From Phoronis australis (Eukaryota; Animalia; Phoronida), in assembly GCA_002633005.1 (NCBI GenBank), contig NMRA01000034.1, forward strand, positions 1,077,766 through 1,141,765: 64,000 nucleotides of DNA. The letters are read 5' to 3'. Within the stretch, counting starts at the first letter, position 1. Each line of letters starts with the position of its first letter. This document shows positions 12,601 through 26,500 of this stretch, one piece after another. The notes under the pieces were generated by a model. It was given only the letters and a program-made list of their open reading frames with translations. It made no database searches and was not told the DNA's origin. Both the position numbers and the translations under genes were made by a program.

Positions 12601-14216
12601 ATCCGTTGGCCATTTCAAAAATTGTTGAGTACTTTTTTGACACCACCATCTCCATTCACCAAATTGCTTGAAGGATCATTATAGAAGGCAACCTTCAAGG
12701 ACAAGGACTATTGCTTAAAAAAGCTGAAAATCGCCCGTGTTACCCAATAGTAGCACAACTTAGACACGTCATTACCTCTCTATGCTCCTCACTAGAATGG
12801 GCACATTTGCGTCAAACATATCATCATGTTTCAGTCCAGTTGATAAATGTTATCAGCTTGCTTCAGATTTGCTGACAACCTGCAAAGGATGCATATTCAT
12901 ATGTTACTTTAATCAGTAGAACATCGGTGATTTTCTAATTCCATATGCGGGGCAGCGATTCGTAAAATGAATCATGCAAAAATAAGTGGACTGGACAGTA
13001 TTATTTAACTGAGTCTGTGATGTGTATCGTAAATATTTACATATAATGGTGCAGTCTACCAGAGAACACGAAAAATGCCGAAAAGACTGGGAAAGGTCTA
13101 ATCATCTTTATGAGACCATTCAAAACTTGTCGACAGAACCTTGGAGATTTGGACAGCTTACCAATGACATGTTTAACAATAATAAGCTGCTGACCGTCAC
13201 TTTATTTGCCAAAAATAACACTTTTGACTCACGAATTGTCATAAGACTAATCTGAACTTGTTCCTTAGTCAGATTAGAAAGGAATACAGGGCTCGGAAAG
13301 GACTCCGGGTCAATCAAAGAAATTACAATTCCAGTCGAAGTGACGAGAAATTTGAGAAGAGTTTTATAATTACAGTAAATAGTGTCAATGTAAAGCAGGT
13401 GCCTACAGTAATCTTGGATACACTAAAGATAATAGAATATAATTTAAATCATTGGAAATCTCTGGAATTAGATTGACGCGCCTTGTCTCCTCAGGTCGTG
13501 ACGGTCACAAGATACATGTAGAAGCCCTCTATCTTGTATTGGATTGTTACTAAACAACAGCTTCACTCAGTCCACTCACGGTACTTACGACGACCCCCAT
13601 TAATACACACACACGCGCGCACACGAGCACGCACACGCGGCATAGTGCCGGATGACAACGCAGAAGAAGCCGGACCCCGCGCTTTTTGGGGGCCGCACGT
13701 TCACGGCATTTCTAAAGGCACCAATACCATAAACGCTTTTGATTTTACGCTATTGGAAGCTCAGACCTGAGGTGATGCAAACCTGATTTAGAAAGCTCAT
13801 GTTGGGACCCCTCGATATGTAGGGTCAAGGGTGCGGGGCCCCAGTAAGCGATGCCAAAAAAATTGCAGGTGTCGTAGTGCTTACAAACAAAAACCGCGGG
13901 CCATTAAAAGTGCAGAGGCTCACCAAGGCGCCAGGCATCATTCATTGATCGATTTTTCTAAACATTCTTGAATTTACAGTTTGGGTGTTGTTGAAATACG
14001 GATCGACAAAATCTGCAAAACTTAAAAAACAAACATTTAACAACCGCGTTTTCTTGTATTGAGAAAAAGCCGATGTTCACATTGTTAGGGAAAAGTAGGT
14101 CTAGACCTTCTAAAACTTTGTTCAATGAAGAAAGTATTGTCTTGTCAATCAGTGCCAATGGTACACAGCCTCCCCAACTTCATACGAGCATCAAACATGA
14201 TGGACAAGAATACCAA

Positions 14217-14682
14217 GGTGAAATGCCACTATTCCGAAGGTTCACTTCTCCCAAGGCTCACTACCCGAAGGTTCGGTATAATTAGAGAAAGTTCACTACT
14301 TCGAATATCCACGAGTCCGAAATCATTACTATGATTGTCTGCAAATGAGTTGGACCCAACATGAATAACGTACTGTATTTGTGTCCACTTACTAACCATT
14401 TTTAAAAAGCGTGTACAAAAGTTCGTGGCTTGAATCTAACTAACGACTCATTTTTAAGCAGGTACAGCATCTGGGGCACTGATCAGGCGACCCGATTTTA
14501 AATTTAAGAAGACTCTCTGACCTCAAAGAGAGTGGCAGAGACAGGGTAGCCTACGAACTACATTAATTTTCGACCCAGCCGTGCGCGTGGTTCCGGTGGG
14601 TGAGATTGAGGCGCAGCGGCTCTAAACTTTCGGAGCAGTGAACTTCCGGAGCAGTGAACCTTCGGAATAGCGGGATGTTCCC
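14217..14682. mobile_element. MITE with TIRs and about 18-bp subterminal repeats
   Basis: CTATTCCGAAGGTTCACT near 14229 and its reverse complement AGTGAACCTTCGGAATAG near 14653; internal CCGAAGGTTC variants; imperfect 8-bp flanks AATACCAA/AATATCAG. Confidence 0.65.
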
Positions 14683-14781
14683 AATATCAGCGATGTAAGC
14701 AACTAAGTAACACGTAAAACACAACCAGATAAAAATTCGTCAGGTCATTCTCCGACTAAATATTTCCTTCCGATTTTGTAA

Positions 14782-14931
14782 CAGGGGCGGATCCAGGATT
14801 TTGAGTAAGGGGGGGCCAGGGCATAGTATTAGGCAGGATTTTGCCAGCCAGACATTCGCACCCTCGAACTGTCAAATGGAATCTGGGAGAAATTTAGAGG
14901 AGGGCATGGCCCCTCTCTAAATCTGCCACTG
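14782..14931. mobile_element. 150-bp MITE (CAGGGGCGGATCCAGG...ATCTGCCACTG family)
   Basis: TIRs with a perfect 5-bp TSD TGTAA; a homologous copy lies at 21611-21757. Confidence 0.8.
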
Positions 14932-16063
14932 TGTAATGAGGTGTAATCACTTGAAAATTTGTCAGGAGAGGTAACGCAAGAACGTTCTTTCTGGTCCACA
15001 TTACATCCGAATTTGAGCCCCGTTCTTTGCGAGCAGCCGTCACGGCATCCTCATTTCTGGCATATACCGTCTCATCTCAGGAATATATACCTGAGAGTCA
15101 TCGTTGTATACTGATTTCCCTTCCCCTATTTAAGCTGTGCCACTAAGGGCCTTTACCGAAAACTACAGTGTCGGCGTTTGCACGGAGGGTCTAGCGTTCT
15201 AGAAATTCAAACCGCCCCCCGCGCAATGCTGGCTACGGGCCTGAATCAGTTAGTTCGGGCCACTAGCTGAAGGCGACAGAATCAGCACGGCGCCCAAGCC
15301 AACTGAATCAAGTACAGCCACTAATTTGCATTGAGCTACGATCTGATTGATATGCGTATTTCGACATTTCAAATTTCGCTTTATGATTACTCTCATTTCA
15401 TTAATGTTCAGTGACTTAACAGATTGTTCCTCCAGTTTTCGTTAGATCAGAAGTGAGAGATGCAAAGTTTAAGTGTTCTGCTGGGAGTGTTTGTAAGCAG
15501 TATAACGTATTCAAGGGCTCACAATGACGTCACAACCAATGTACGTGTGGATAAATGATCAAATTAAAGTGGTGTAAATTTACAATGCTAAAATCTCAAT
15601 AGGTTGACGATACAGGGCTAACAACTCACCTGAATCAATCACGACAGGCTTTCTTCAGTGTTTCACACGGGTTGACACTTCTCTGTACAGCAGACGAATG
15701 GAACAGACACAAAAACTCTGCTTTTACCTTTTCGAAAGATTTTCATTCTCAGAAGTGAACAGAAAGAAATATAAATACTCTTCATTGTGTTAGGAATTTC
15801 GATTAATGGTTATTAATTCCAGAGTCCAATCTCTTCAAATTAGAGTCTGTGGAGGTGGCAGTACGCAGTGCAGTAGGGACGCTAAACGCGACCCCGAATT
15901 CAATATCTCAAGTAGGCTAAACAAGTTTTATCGCAAGATTTTTTCGTTATGCATTCCTTCTCGATTGTTATGGGGAAAATAAGCCCAAAACATTACCAAC
16001 GTATGGCATACTATAGTGTGTGCGCGGAAAATTGAGTAACCACAATTGTATTGAGATAATTAA

Positions 16064-17641
16064 AGGAGCATGCCACCCAAAAAACAACCTAATTTGTATC
16101 AATTTAGATCGAGTAGTTCCATACGACACGAACGGTTGCGTTACCTGACACCTGACGGCAGACGGAGGTGTTGAAATTATCCAATGACGTCATCGGTTTC
16201 ACACGCAGTCTGTTCAGCAGTTCACAACACGGGTTACTGGTGTCAGCTTATCGCTTGAAGTCATCGTTTAACACCAATAAATCATCAAACTTCGATGTAA
16301 AACCCTTAAAATTACACCGAGTTATTATAAAAACGTGTTGTTTTATTTCGCTCTTACGGATTTATTGGTATTTGGACACACCGTAGCGTACAAAGTTCGG
16401 CAGGCCAATAATGTCCGTAGCAGGAGTTTGGGGTCTGTTCCGAGATAATTTCGAAGTATTTTCCGTGAGATACAGACAGGAGAACCTAGATCTGTGTTGT
16501 TCAGACTTGTGATTTTTGTGTTCTAAACACAAAACGCTTGTTATTCTGGCCAGTGGCTCGGAGCCCGATCAGACATCACGAACATAAACCAACCAAAGTT
16601 CAGTGGAAACTAAACTTCCAGTCAAGAAAATACTATACTAGTGAGCCAAACTAATGTGCACGCGATTATGTTGGTGAATTAGCCACGAAACTGCAAATCT
16701 ACTTACTCGTCGGGGGCCGCGAATTCACTCGGGTTCCGCTTTGGCCACAGCACCGTCAGGGCAAAGTTGTACATTGACAATCATTATTTGAGCAATGTAA
16801 ATGTAAATAAAGATTCCCCTAATACCTGGCCGTGGGATGGAAATCGAGTTGCTTCACAATAGTTTCTGCCAGTAAACACTAAATTAGCATGAGCTCACAC
16901 GGCCTCGGTGTCAGTTCAATTAGTTTTATTGCACCTAAAGGCGGTAACGCAGTGATTTATTCATTGCTGGCTTCTCTAATCATTTTCTCTCACGAATACT
17001 CCAAAGGCACTACAAATTGCAGTTGGTTAGGGTGAGAATAATTCATTTTGAAACAGAACGCTCAGTAATAAACGTCAACATGGCAACTCGCAATCCCGAC
17101 TTAGGACGAGCTAGAGCTCATCAGTCCCGACTTCGCTGGTGGATCGTTAAGTTTTACAGGCTATCAATTCGAACAGGAATACAGTGATGAAGAAATACTA
17201 GAGAGGCGCCGTGAACAAGCTCAGACAATGGAACGTATGGAGTTATTTGGTAAGCCCGCATTCGTCAGGCACTGTCGACGTCTGCAGGCCACAGACACGG
17301 AGATGTTTCACGGCCTCATACTTGCTATTTACAGCGTACATTTCATTCTTCACTACCATGAGCCACTTCCTAAGCCTTTCGGATTCTCGAGGAAGTAAAA
17401 TAAAACGATATACCCGCATTCCTCGCAGCCGCTTAGTTCGGACAAGTGGGAACGATGCACCGCGACATAGCGGCATTCATTCTGCATATGAACCAATGAC
17501 GTCGCTAGCGTCGTTTCAAACCTTCCTCACAGGTTAACGCGACACCTCTTGGCAAGGTAAGGTCGACCGTATGCGAGGCTATGTGGATATAGACCGATTA
17601 AGACGGCAAAAAAGACTAATTAAATCGGGTGGCATTCTCCT
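16064..17641 (-). mobile_element. Kolobok-like DNA transposon derivative with a decayed THAP domain
   Basis: TTAA TSDs at 16060-16063 and 17642-17645; TIR AGGAGCATGCCACCC / GGGTGGCATTCTCCT (14/15); broken THAP frame at about 17281-17468. Confidence 0.8.
17281..17468 (-). pseudogene. THAP zinc-finger domain remnant (transposase N-terminus)
   Basis: MSRCIVPTCPN*AAARNAGISFY / frameshift / LPRESERLRKWLMVVKNE..KHLRVCG matches the THAP pattern C-x4-C..F..P..R..W..RVC. Confidence 0.7.
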
Positions 17642-18821
17642 TTAAGTAGTGGACGAATGATAAAATTTTAAGTGGTGTGACTTCAAGCTAAATAGATGTC
17701 TGCAATGCCTTTACGAACACACTTGACGCCTCAACTAATTTTTTGATGCTACCTTTTGTTGATTTCTGGTCTGTTTAAATCTTCATCATCACACAGAAAC
17801 GTTAATTACAAACTGCGAGCTGTTGGGAAACACGCGCCATCTTTTGGAGCTGGATTGTGAATTTTCACCGATTCGATACGATTCGTTTCCCGGGACTCAC
17901 CACCAAGAGGTATTCCAGTTGCGCTTTTGGATAAGTGTTTAACTCCGTATCATGGAACTTAAAATGATACCAAACCTATAAATAGATATTAAAAACGACG
18001 TTCCCCATCCAGTTCTCAGGAACAAAATTGCAACTTGCCCTGTAACCCTCATCAACCCTCAAAGGTTTGAAGCAAAATTTGAAAACTCCTTACAGTCTGC
18101 TAAACGGGCAAGCGTGACCTACGCTTGGGGAGAGTTACACAACTACAGGGAAAGATCACACACCGATAACCATAATATCCACTTTGTGACCCAGAGAGTA
18201 CTGAGTTTTTATTTGAACCCTGCTTTTAATACTCCCGTGGGACTCCACTGACACAGTTAGCAAGTGACGAGGATTGGTTGAAATCTCCAAAACAGGGTTT
18301 AGTATCCTATAAGTAATTTTACCTTTTTAGTAACGCTCAGATCAGCGTTATCTGCTGCAGCTCGTGCCCCAAGAGTCAAATTTCAGAGCATCTTTTAGCT
18401 GCTTTTTCGTGGGCTAGTCAAAGCGCGAGACCAGCTACGGTAGACATGAACAGCGTCGTGAAGGACAGGACAGGTTGCAAAGTAAAAACAGAAAGTATCC
18501 TATTGGTGAGGTGGGAGAGGGGTATCAGGAAGATTTACACAATGTTGAGTTATTTTATTGTATTATAAACATGGTAAAATTCAAACATGGATTGCAATAA
18601 ACTAGCGGCAACAAGAACCCTAAACCTTTAGAAAATTAACAATATCTAGATATACATACATTAATCAGGCACTGGTGTACACTTATTTTCACGGTAACAA
18701 TAATTCATAGATATCATAAAATTAATTTATAACCATCTTAAAATGTTATGAAACAACCACAACTGGTCCATTTCCAACGGAGTTGTTCGATTACATCAGA
18801 GTACCAGTAACTGGCAATAGC

Positions 18822-19154
18822 CAGGGGGCGTTCCGTAGACAGAAAACACTCAACTTGCAATGACTCTTCACGTCAGTGGCCACCATTTTGCAAGCTCGAT
18901 ACGCCAGTGAGCTCGTGACCATACTTGCGAAACATTCGCCTTTCAATGGTGTAACTTTGCGGGTTCTTGCATTTTGGCGAGTTTCTTGCGTCTACACAAG
19001 ACACCTTAGCCAAGAAACGGAACGTGCGTTCCCTAAAGCAAGTTTCTTGCTTGAAACGCGAAATACCGCCAGACATCGCAATGCACAACAGGTTCAAAAC
19101 GTGATCCCACTGGCTGTATTCGCGGGAGTCTTGCACCCACGGAACGCACCCCTG
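18822..19154. mobile_element. MITE, PIF/Harbinger-like
   Basis: Termini CAG|GGGGCGTTCCGTAG ... CCACGGAACGCACCC|CTG (CWG-type flanks). Confidence 0.55.
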
Positions 19155-21610
19155 ACTCTATTCAAAATCATATCGTGTGACCTATAATGCTTTAACCTGC
19201 ACCTAACAAAGATTGATCATGAAGAAATAATTGATAACATAGAGCTCATAAAACGTTTAAAAAGTTCTTATACTCAGCGTAAGGGCCTACGATGTATTAG
19301 AAAAAAACGAGTTCCTTTCTCTTACCCAAAATCAGGGATGGGGAAGTCCAAGGAAGCAGAAATGCAAAACAAATGCCATGGCAAATTTTGCATGGGGTTA
19401 ATCAGGTTAAAAAGGATTGGTGGGAAGGGCTCCAGTGCACTTTTTGTTAAAAGTAACACAAAAGTATCTCTCCAAAGCCTTTCAATATCATACAGGAGCA
19501 TCGCCCATTACAGGAAAAAAAAACAACTGGAATCTTATAACTACTCCACATGACCTACATTGAGAAAACCTTCAAACACAACAGGGATTACCTGCACTAA
19601 GGAATGTGTTCAGAATTAACTAAATTGCCTGAAAGTAAATTTAAGATAGTAGTATACAAAAAGTCAATTCCCAGGCAGTGCAATGTTATTTCAATTCTTC
19701 ACTTGTTTATCACACAACATGGCCAACAAGTGAAGTTCTATTTTGTTTAATTTCTCCATAAAAGTAAAGATTAAGAACACTTCAGCCTACTTCAAGCACG
19801 GTTTGCAATCAGTAAATGGCATAAAATATTCCCTAAGGTTCCCAAAAGTTGTAATGAGCCACTGGATAAAAGGTTTCTGGCAATTATTTTTGAGAATTAC
19901 CATGTCATCATGTGTACTTATTAGAAATACCCTCCTCATGAAGGAACAAAACAGAGTTCCACCACTAAACATATAAACACTTTCTTTACAATTCTTCTTG
20001 CATGAAGAGAAATGAATAAGCTGGACAAGGATAATCATGGTATAACAGTAAAGACTGAAGGCAACAAAATGCTTTCCGACATATAACCAATAAGGAATAT
20101 AATACAGAAAAATAATATAATTAACACATGGAATATGCCCAAAAACAACCCACAAAGGAATGCTTTGCAAATTTAAAGCTGGGAATAAAAAATTCCAGCT
20201 CACTTTACATGTGCAACAGTCAAAAGAAAAACTAAGACAAATGGAAAGGAATGCAAATGAACATTATATATGCTATGGAGGACGCCGAGTACAACAACTT
20301 ACATTTTCGTGTTTTCTACTACAGTGCACACCAAAAATGGACATAATGACCCAGAATTACTTGGACTCCTCCTGACGGGTTTTATACCAACACCCAGTCA
20401 CCACAACAGTCAGATGGAACACACCACCAGACTATGTGGAATTAGCTGTCATGATGGGTCAGTATATGTCTTGAACAGTCAAAGACTGTTATGACAGCAA
20501 AGCCAAATTTTGTTCCCCGACTTTTTGGCATGTATTATATGTAATGCACATTACCTGACCTCGTGGAACATTTGCAGGGATCAACCACAGCAATAGGTAT
20601 AACAGAATCAATACTTGAGCCAATCTCTGAAACAATCCACTATTTATACACATGCATACAGGCACAATTGTTGCACTTAGTGACTCCATGAAATAAACAT
20701 AACAACACAAAATTGAACCAAATCCAATATTCACTTTCATTTGGTACACGAACCTGTTTTCTTTCAACCATTTGTGAAGCACTAACTTGTATCACTTGCG
20801 TAAAACAAATCAAACTTAGCCAAATTTTCTCCTGACATCAGGAGCCACTTTTAAGATATGTAACCTGTCTGGATCATGTGCTGTGTGCCGCCTTCTATAA
20901 CTCAAAGTAAACAAGAGGGATGTTAAGTTTCCCCAGCCAAGTAATAGTGAAGACCAAGAGGAGACCTATATTCCGCCGAGGAACTGGAGCTGTAGGCTAT
21001 AACTGAAATGCTGATGACAACTGAAGCTAATCTCAGACATGAAAAAAACTGTATCTCTAGAAGTGTTACTCAAACAGGGTTCTTGTCTCAGGAGAAATCT
21101 TGACACTGTATAAAAAGGACACCAGAAGTAGAGTAGCACATCATATCTTGCTCTTATGGTGAATGCACGCAACTGTGACCACGGCAGCACATGGAGGAAA
21201 TTTTGAAATTGGTTCAATCTTAAGCTTTGTCTAACAAGAAATCCGGAAACTACACATACAAATGTATAATTAGCAATTGCAATCTAAATAAAAATCCTGT
21301 TGTCAATATCATTTGAAAACAAATGAGTAACGGAACAGGTCTGGCATAAACAAAATGAGTAATTGGAGGCAAACTGACCAACAAACGCCCAGAAATACAA
21401 CAGATTTCAAAATACAATAATTGTATACTAATGATATGCGCATTTTAAATGTGAGGATGCAATCATTCATTACCCTGTACGGTGATTACTTACACATTTG
21501 TAGAACAGAACGAGCAGAGAAAATGAAATGTTACTTTTTATTTTCAAAAAACAATAAGAGAATTATTATTGATGCTTTAAGACTTTCTAGTTTTGTACCA
21601 TAATTGTTAT

Positions 21611-21757
21611 CAGGGGTGGATCCAGGATTTTGAGTTGGGGGGAGGGCAGAATAGAGTCTTAGTCATGATTTTGCCCGTCAGACAGTCACACCCTCGAACT
21701 GCCAAATGGAATCAGGGAGAATTTTAGGGGGGCCATGACCCCCTTAATCCGTCACTG
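21611..21757. mobile_element. Second copy of the 150-bp CAGGGG(C/T)GGATCC MITE
   Basis: Shares the internal CACCCTCGAACTG.CAAATGGAATC.GGGAGA with 14782-14931; flanks GTTAT/ATTAT. Confidence 0.75.
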
Positions 21758-23411
21758 ATTATCCCAAAATTTTGAAAAATGAAAGGCATTCACAAACATG
21801 TTCGCTTAGACTTGAAAAACATCAACAATTTCATCTGATAATGGCAAGATTTTACTCCTATAGAATAGTTCAATAAAATAAATTTTGAGGAAACGAGCAA
21901 TCTAAATGTTAGCGGTTCTCAACACACTACTAAACAGCTAAGGTTTAACAATTTTAAAGTGGCAATAAACGCCTGCTGACTCAAAGAAACTGATTTTTGA
22001 TAAAGATCACTTACCAATACAAACTGGTGTCAACTTGTCCTTTAGACGAGAAGTGATTTCTGGGTTTGCAATTATCAGACAATTTGCTATTGCTTGAGAG
22101 CATGCCGGCTGAATAAAAATGACAAACCAGTGGTGGTGACAGTCTCAGGCAAACACCAAATGACAAATCAGTGGCGACAACTGAAGCCAAATTGTAGGGA
22201 CTGGTCTCAGGCAAACACCAACTCACAGTTATTTGTTATTTACAAGTCCATAAATCATACCAAGAACAATTAAGGAAATATTTGTGACCAATTTCATAAT
22301 CATGGTAGATGATCTTAATGGAAAACGACTTTATTATGGGAGGCGAGTTTCTATTCGCTTTGACTAGAAAAGCTACCAATGATGTGAGACTACAAAGCAG
22401 CGTGAGAATAGCACTTCAATACTGAGCTGCTGGGGACAGTTGAAGACAGTGCTCAAACACTATCGATGATCAATTTCAATTTTCCTAAACAACTAAGACA
22501 TTAGTCACCAAAAATTGAACGAATCAAAGACAAAACTATTAATAAATGACATCCACATCCCGAGTTACAAACTCGCTAAGGACATGTTTATTGCAGATGC
22601 AATAGCAGCCAATTTTAAAATACCCTTAGCCAACACACATCTGTACACCAGGTAATATACATGTTTACACTGAGAGATTTACAGATACTGTTGAATGCAG
22701 ACTTCATGTCAATATTTACAACATTGATGGAGTTATACAAGAAGGCACAAACACAATCATTATACCTCATTCAAACTCTCAATAGAGCAATAATCAGGTA
22801 ATCACAATACAGCACGAACAAGTTTTGAGTAAAATTTTGAAAGTATCACATCACCACCGACTGCTGCTTCTGAACAAAATTAGCAGTAACCATCCATTTA
22901 ACTAACTTTCATTTCAGATTAAGCTCTTAGTGAAAAAGCACTTGTCAGAGCTGATACCACTGTTGACGCACTTTTCCAAAGCAGTCTGGGCTTCCTTCCT
23001 AAGATGGAAGACACTCATTACATGCACATGCCATTACAGTACAACCGCACTGATGAATCGTTTTATTGGCCACCATTTTGTTGGGGTCCTCTTGTAATGC
23101 TCCCAATGATACAGGAGAGACACTGGTCTTTCACTCACGTGATTTAGTGTTGCTTTTTTGTGAGATTCTTGTGTCTACTCAACACACCCCTGGGTTGTGT
23201 TCTGTAGACACAAGAATTTCATCAGTAAAGCTAAGTGTGATTATATGGTTCGCTTGTAATACACGGCAATATCTCGTGAAATCTTGCATGATCTTGCATT
23301 TTTTCCCAAAGATTCTTGCGTCTACAGAACACAATCCTGGTTTTAAGGTAATTATGGAATACTGCTACCTGCACAACACTTTCTTCCTCGCGACAATCAC
23401 AAACAGACCAA

Positions 23412-23580
23412 TCAGAAGATGTTGTTAAACTCGAACAAGATGAACTCTACAATGCTGCTCTGGTACATTAACGAAACAGCCAGGTTGGGCGAATCCTTTT
23501 CAGGCCACATGAGGGTGGGGCCGAACACAATGGCCAGGTTGGAGAGACCCATACGGTTCTGGTCCTGGTGTGAGCACACC
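23412..23580 (-). CDS. ARHGAP12: ARHGAP12-like terminal coding exon
   Basis: ctgcag|VCSHQDQNRMGLSNLAIVFGPTLMWPE...EFNNIF*. Confidence 0.93.
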
Positions 23581-26500
23581 CTGCAGGGCAACAGGTGGCA
23601 GTTAAACACATGGTTATGGTCACAGTCACGTAATGAGGTGCATAAGAAGACAGACAGGCAAACAAGTAACTGTATTAAAATCCATTAAAGGAAACTGTGA
23701 TGTTTAATGTTCCAGCAAATGCAAGGGCCGAAAATACCTTTACTGGCATCTGAATGCTTATTTTGAAAAAAAAAATTGACATTCTGATTGTTTTCGCCAT
23801 CTTCGACTAACACTGTGTCTACCTAAAATAAAAATTCATCTTTCCGCAGCTTACTCATTGAACAAAAATTTTAATGATTTCTTGAGAACAATGCTTTACA
23901 CGCTTGCAAGCCATTCTTCATAATATCTATCAAAGTTTGCAAAAGAAACAGAAGGCTAGTTGCTTGTGTGTTTAAAACAGCAAAAGAAAACAGGGTTATT
24001 CTGATGTCGACTTACACAAGGAGGTGCCTGCACAGTTCCTTCAGTGTGTCGTGACTAGGCCTGGGTAGTACCTGCACTAGACCCTTGATCAACTGCAGCT
24101 TGGAGGACCTATCGGGTTGCTCTGGAAAGGGAACAAACAAGAGAGTTAATTGTAATTATAAGCCAGAAAATCACCAGTTATCAGGCTCATTTGGGCTAGT
24201 TACAAAATCCGTTGTGTGTTGCATAAGCAGATGAAGTCTGGTCACCTCCCACCAAAGCTGGTAATTGTTCATACAGCAAAGACGTCTGGAGCAATGCAGT
24301 TGGAGTGCCTTGTTCTTGGACACAACTACATGACTGGTGACTGATTCGGGAATTGAACCCACGACCTTTCAGTCAGAGTTCAATCACACTTACACTGGAG
24401 CCACACAGACACTGGTAATAAATCACATTAGATTATTGTAGTTAACTCTTGGGTTTTCAACTGCGGATGCAAAAGAACGATACCCAAAATCTTTTGCACG
24501 GATTTTAAATTTAGTTACCACCCAGTAAATGATTCAATTAAGCATGTCAAAATCCTTGGGATTTTCTACTTTTGTTACACACAATACTCCATTAGTTGAC
24601 TCTTTACAAAATCACTGAATGGGCCATCAAAGTACGAGACGACCAAAATTAGCTCGGTAAGACAAAGGACATCACAATCGCCTCTCCTATCCATAATTAG
24701 GTAATACAGTACAATCCAGTCATATTTTGTGGAATGGGCAATGTGGAGAGATCTACAGGACGGCTGATGCTAGATTTATGTCACTGAGTGGTTGGCCCAC
24801 CTTCCACGAACTACTCGTTCCACAAAATTGCTATGGACTGTGTTGTAAACCACACACATTTCAAAATGCATTGCGGTATCAAAGATATATAACTACCAGA
24901 CAGTAATTTATAAGTAATTCATGTGAAAGTCAACTATCAGTTTGGGAATCAAAAAATGTTATTATTCAGAATTCAAAGAAGAAAATACATACTTATTGCA
25001 CCGATAAAGTTGTCCAAGAATGTAAAAGGAAACAATGGTTCTTTTAACTCTCGGAAGAACAGCTTGAGGGCACCCGTAAGCACGTGAACGTCTGCGGAAA
25101 ACTCTGACCTTTCAAGGTCGTAGGTGTCACCTGAATTAGGAACAGTATTATAAATAACGTATTTTCCTTAAACTCAGATACTTACCATGTAACAATAGCA
25201 GTGAAAAAAATTACTCACACTTTGCCAAGAAAAACTAAACTTAATTTAAATGCGTTATCAAATAGATTACAAAGAAAATAAGAAGAAAGAAAAACAGAAT
25301 GGTTAACTTCACCACAATGAAATTGAATAAAACAAATCACAGTATATCAAAATGCCAAGGACCAAAATTATTAAAAAAATCCTTGTGAGGGCTAGTGCAA
25401 ACAATGAAAGGGTCGATAAACCATTCCAAGGATGTATTTGAAACCAATTTCAATTCAAACAAACGATAACAACTTAAACACATTACTTAGCAAGAGTAAA
25501 TAACGCAATGTGAAAATTTTAAAATTCAAACATGGTCTGTAGCACCCCTAGTCCTCCCACTCCACAGTCAGGAACATGTCATTCTAATAACAATATCTTA
25601 AAAAAACAAATTATTGTTTTCCAATATTTCAATATGACTGAGCAATGATGTTTTATTTTGCAGTTTCCATTTTATCTGTGTTATCCCAATTTGAATTTTA
25701 ATGTTCCTGCAATGCACTCCAGATATTATGAGTGCATGCATGCCTGTGTGCACGGCAGGACCTCCGGAGAGAACAGTGTGTGCATGGCAGGACCGCCTGG
25801 AAGAACAGAGTGCTCATTTCCTTACCGTCACTACTAAATGAGGTCGCTGGTTATAAAATCACAAGCAGTGACTTACATTGATCCACAAGGAAGCGCAGCT
25901 TCTGTACCTGAGCCAGGTTGCCACTGACTCTGTATAAGCCATCAATGTCCAAACCTGAATAAAAGAAACTACAAGTCAGCTAGGCAGTTGGAACAAAAAT
26001 GCAAACTGGATACGGCAAAAAGTTCTAAAATAAAACTGTACTCATCGACATTAACTTCCAGAGCATTTAAGTTTTGAAACTCATGGGTATTAAAGGAGGA
26101 AGAAACCACTTTTGTGTACCTTTCCTAAAAATTACAAATCTCTGAGACATTTTCCTTGCTGCGTGCAGTTCCTGTTGCCCTTGGCAACAATAAAAATGTG
26201 ATGACGATGATGAAACAAAAGGCCCATATCTTGTTGTGTACGCATTCACTACAAACAAAATGGGCGACACAGACTGAGTGCATTAGCAAGTCAGTCACTG
26301 TTTTTGCTTTTTAAGTGAATGCATACACATATCAAGGTGCTTGTGTCAGCTGGGCTTCATACGACAGTTTCAAATAGTTGTTTCCATGGGCCAGGAGAAT
26401 AGAACTTATAATCTTAGCAATATATAACGCGTCATACAGATAATCAGGGATTTGCACTTTGGATGAAGGTCACATAAAAAGATGGTTGCTTCCCCCCTCT

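Noticed and set aside
600-24405. A-box/B-box motifs at about 650, 4640 and 24350 as tRNA genes
   Set aside because: No complete cloverleaf, and the downstream sequence is SINE-like.
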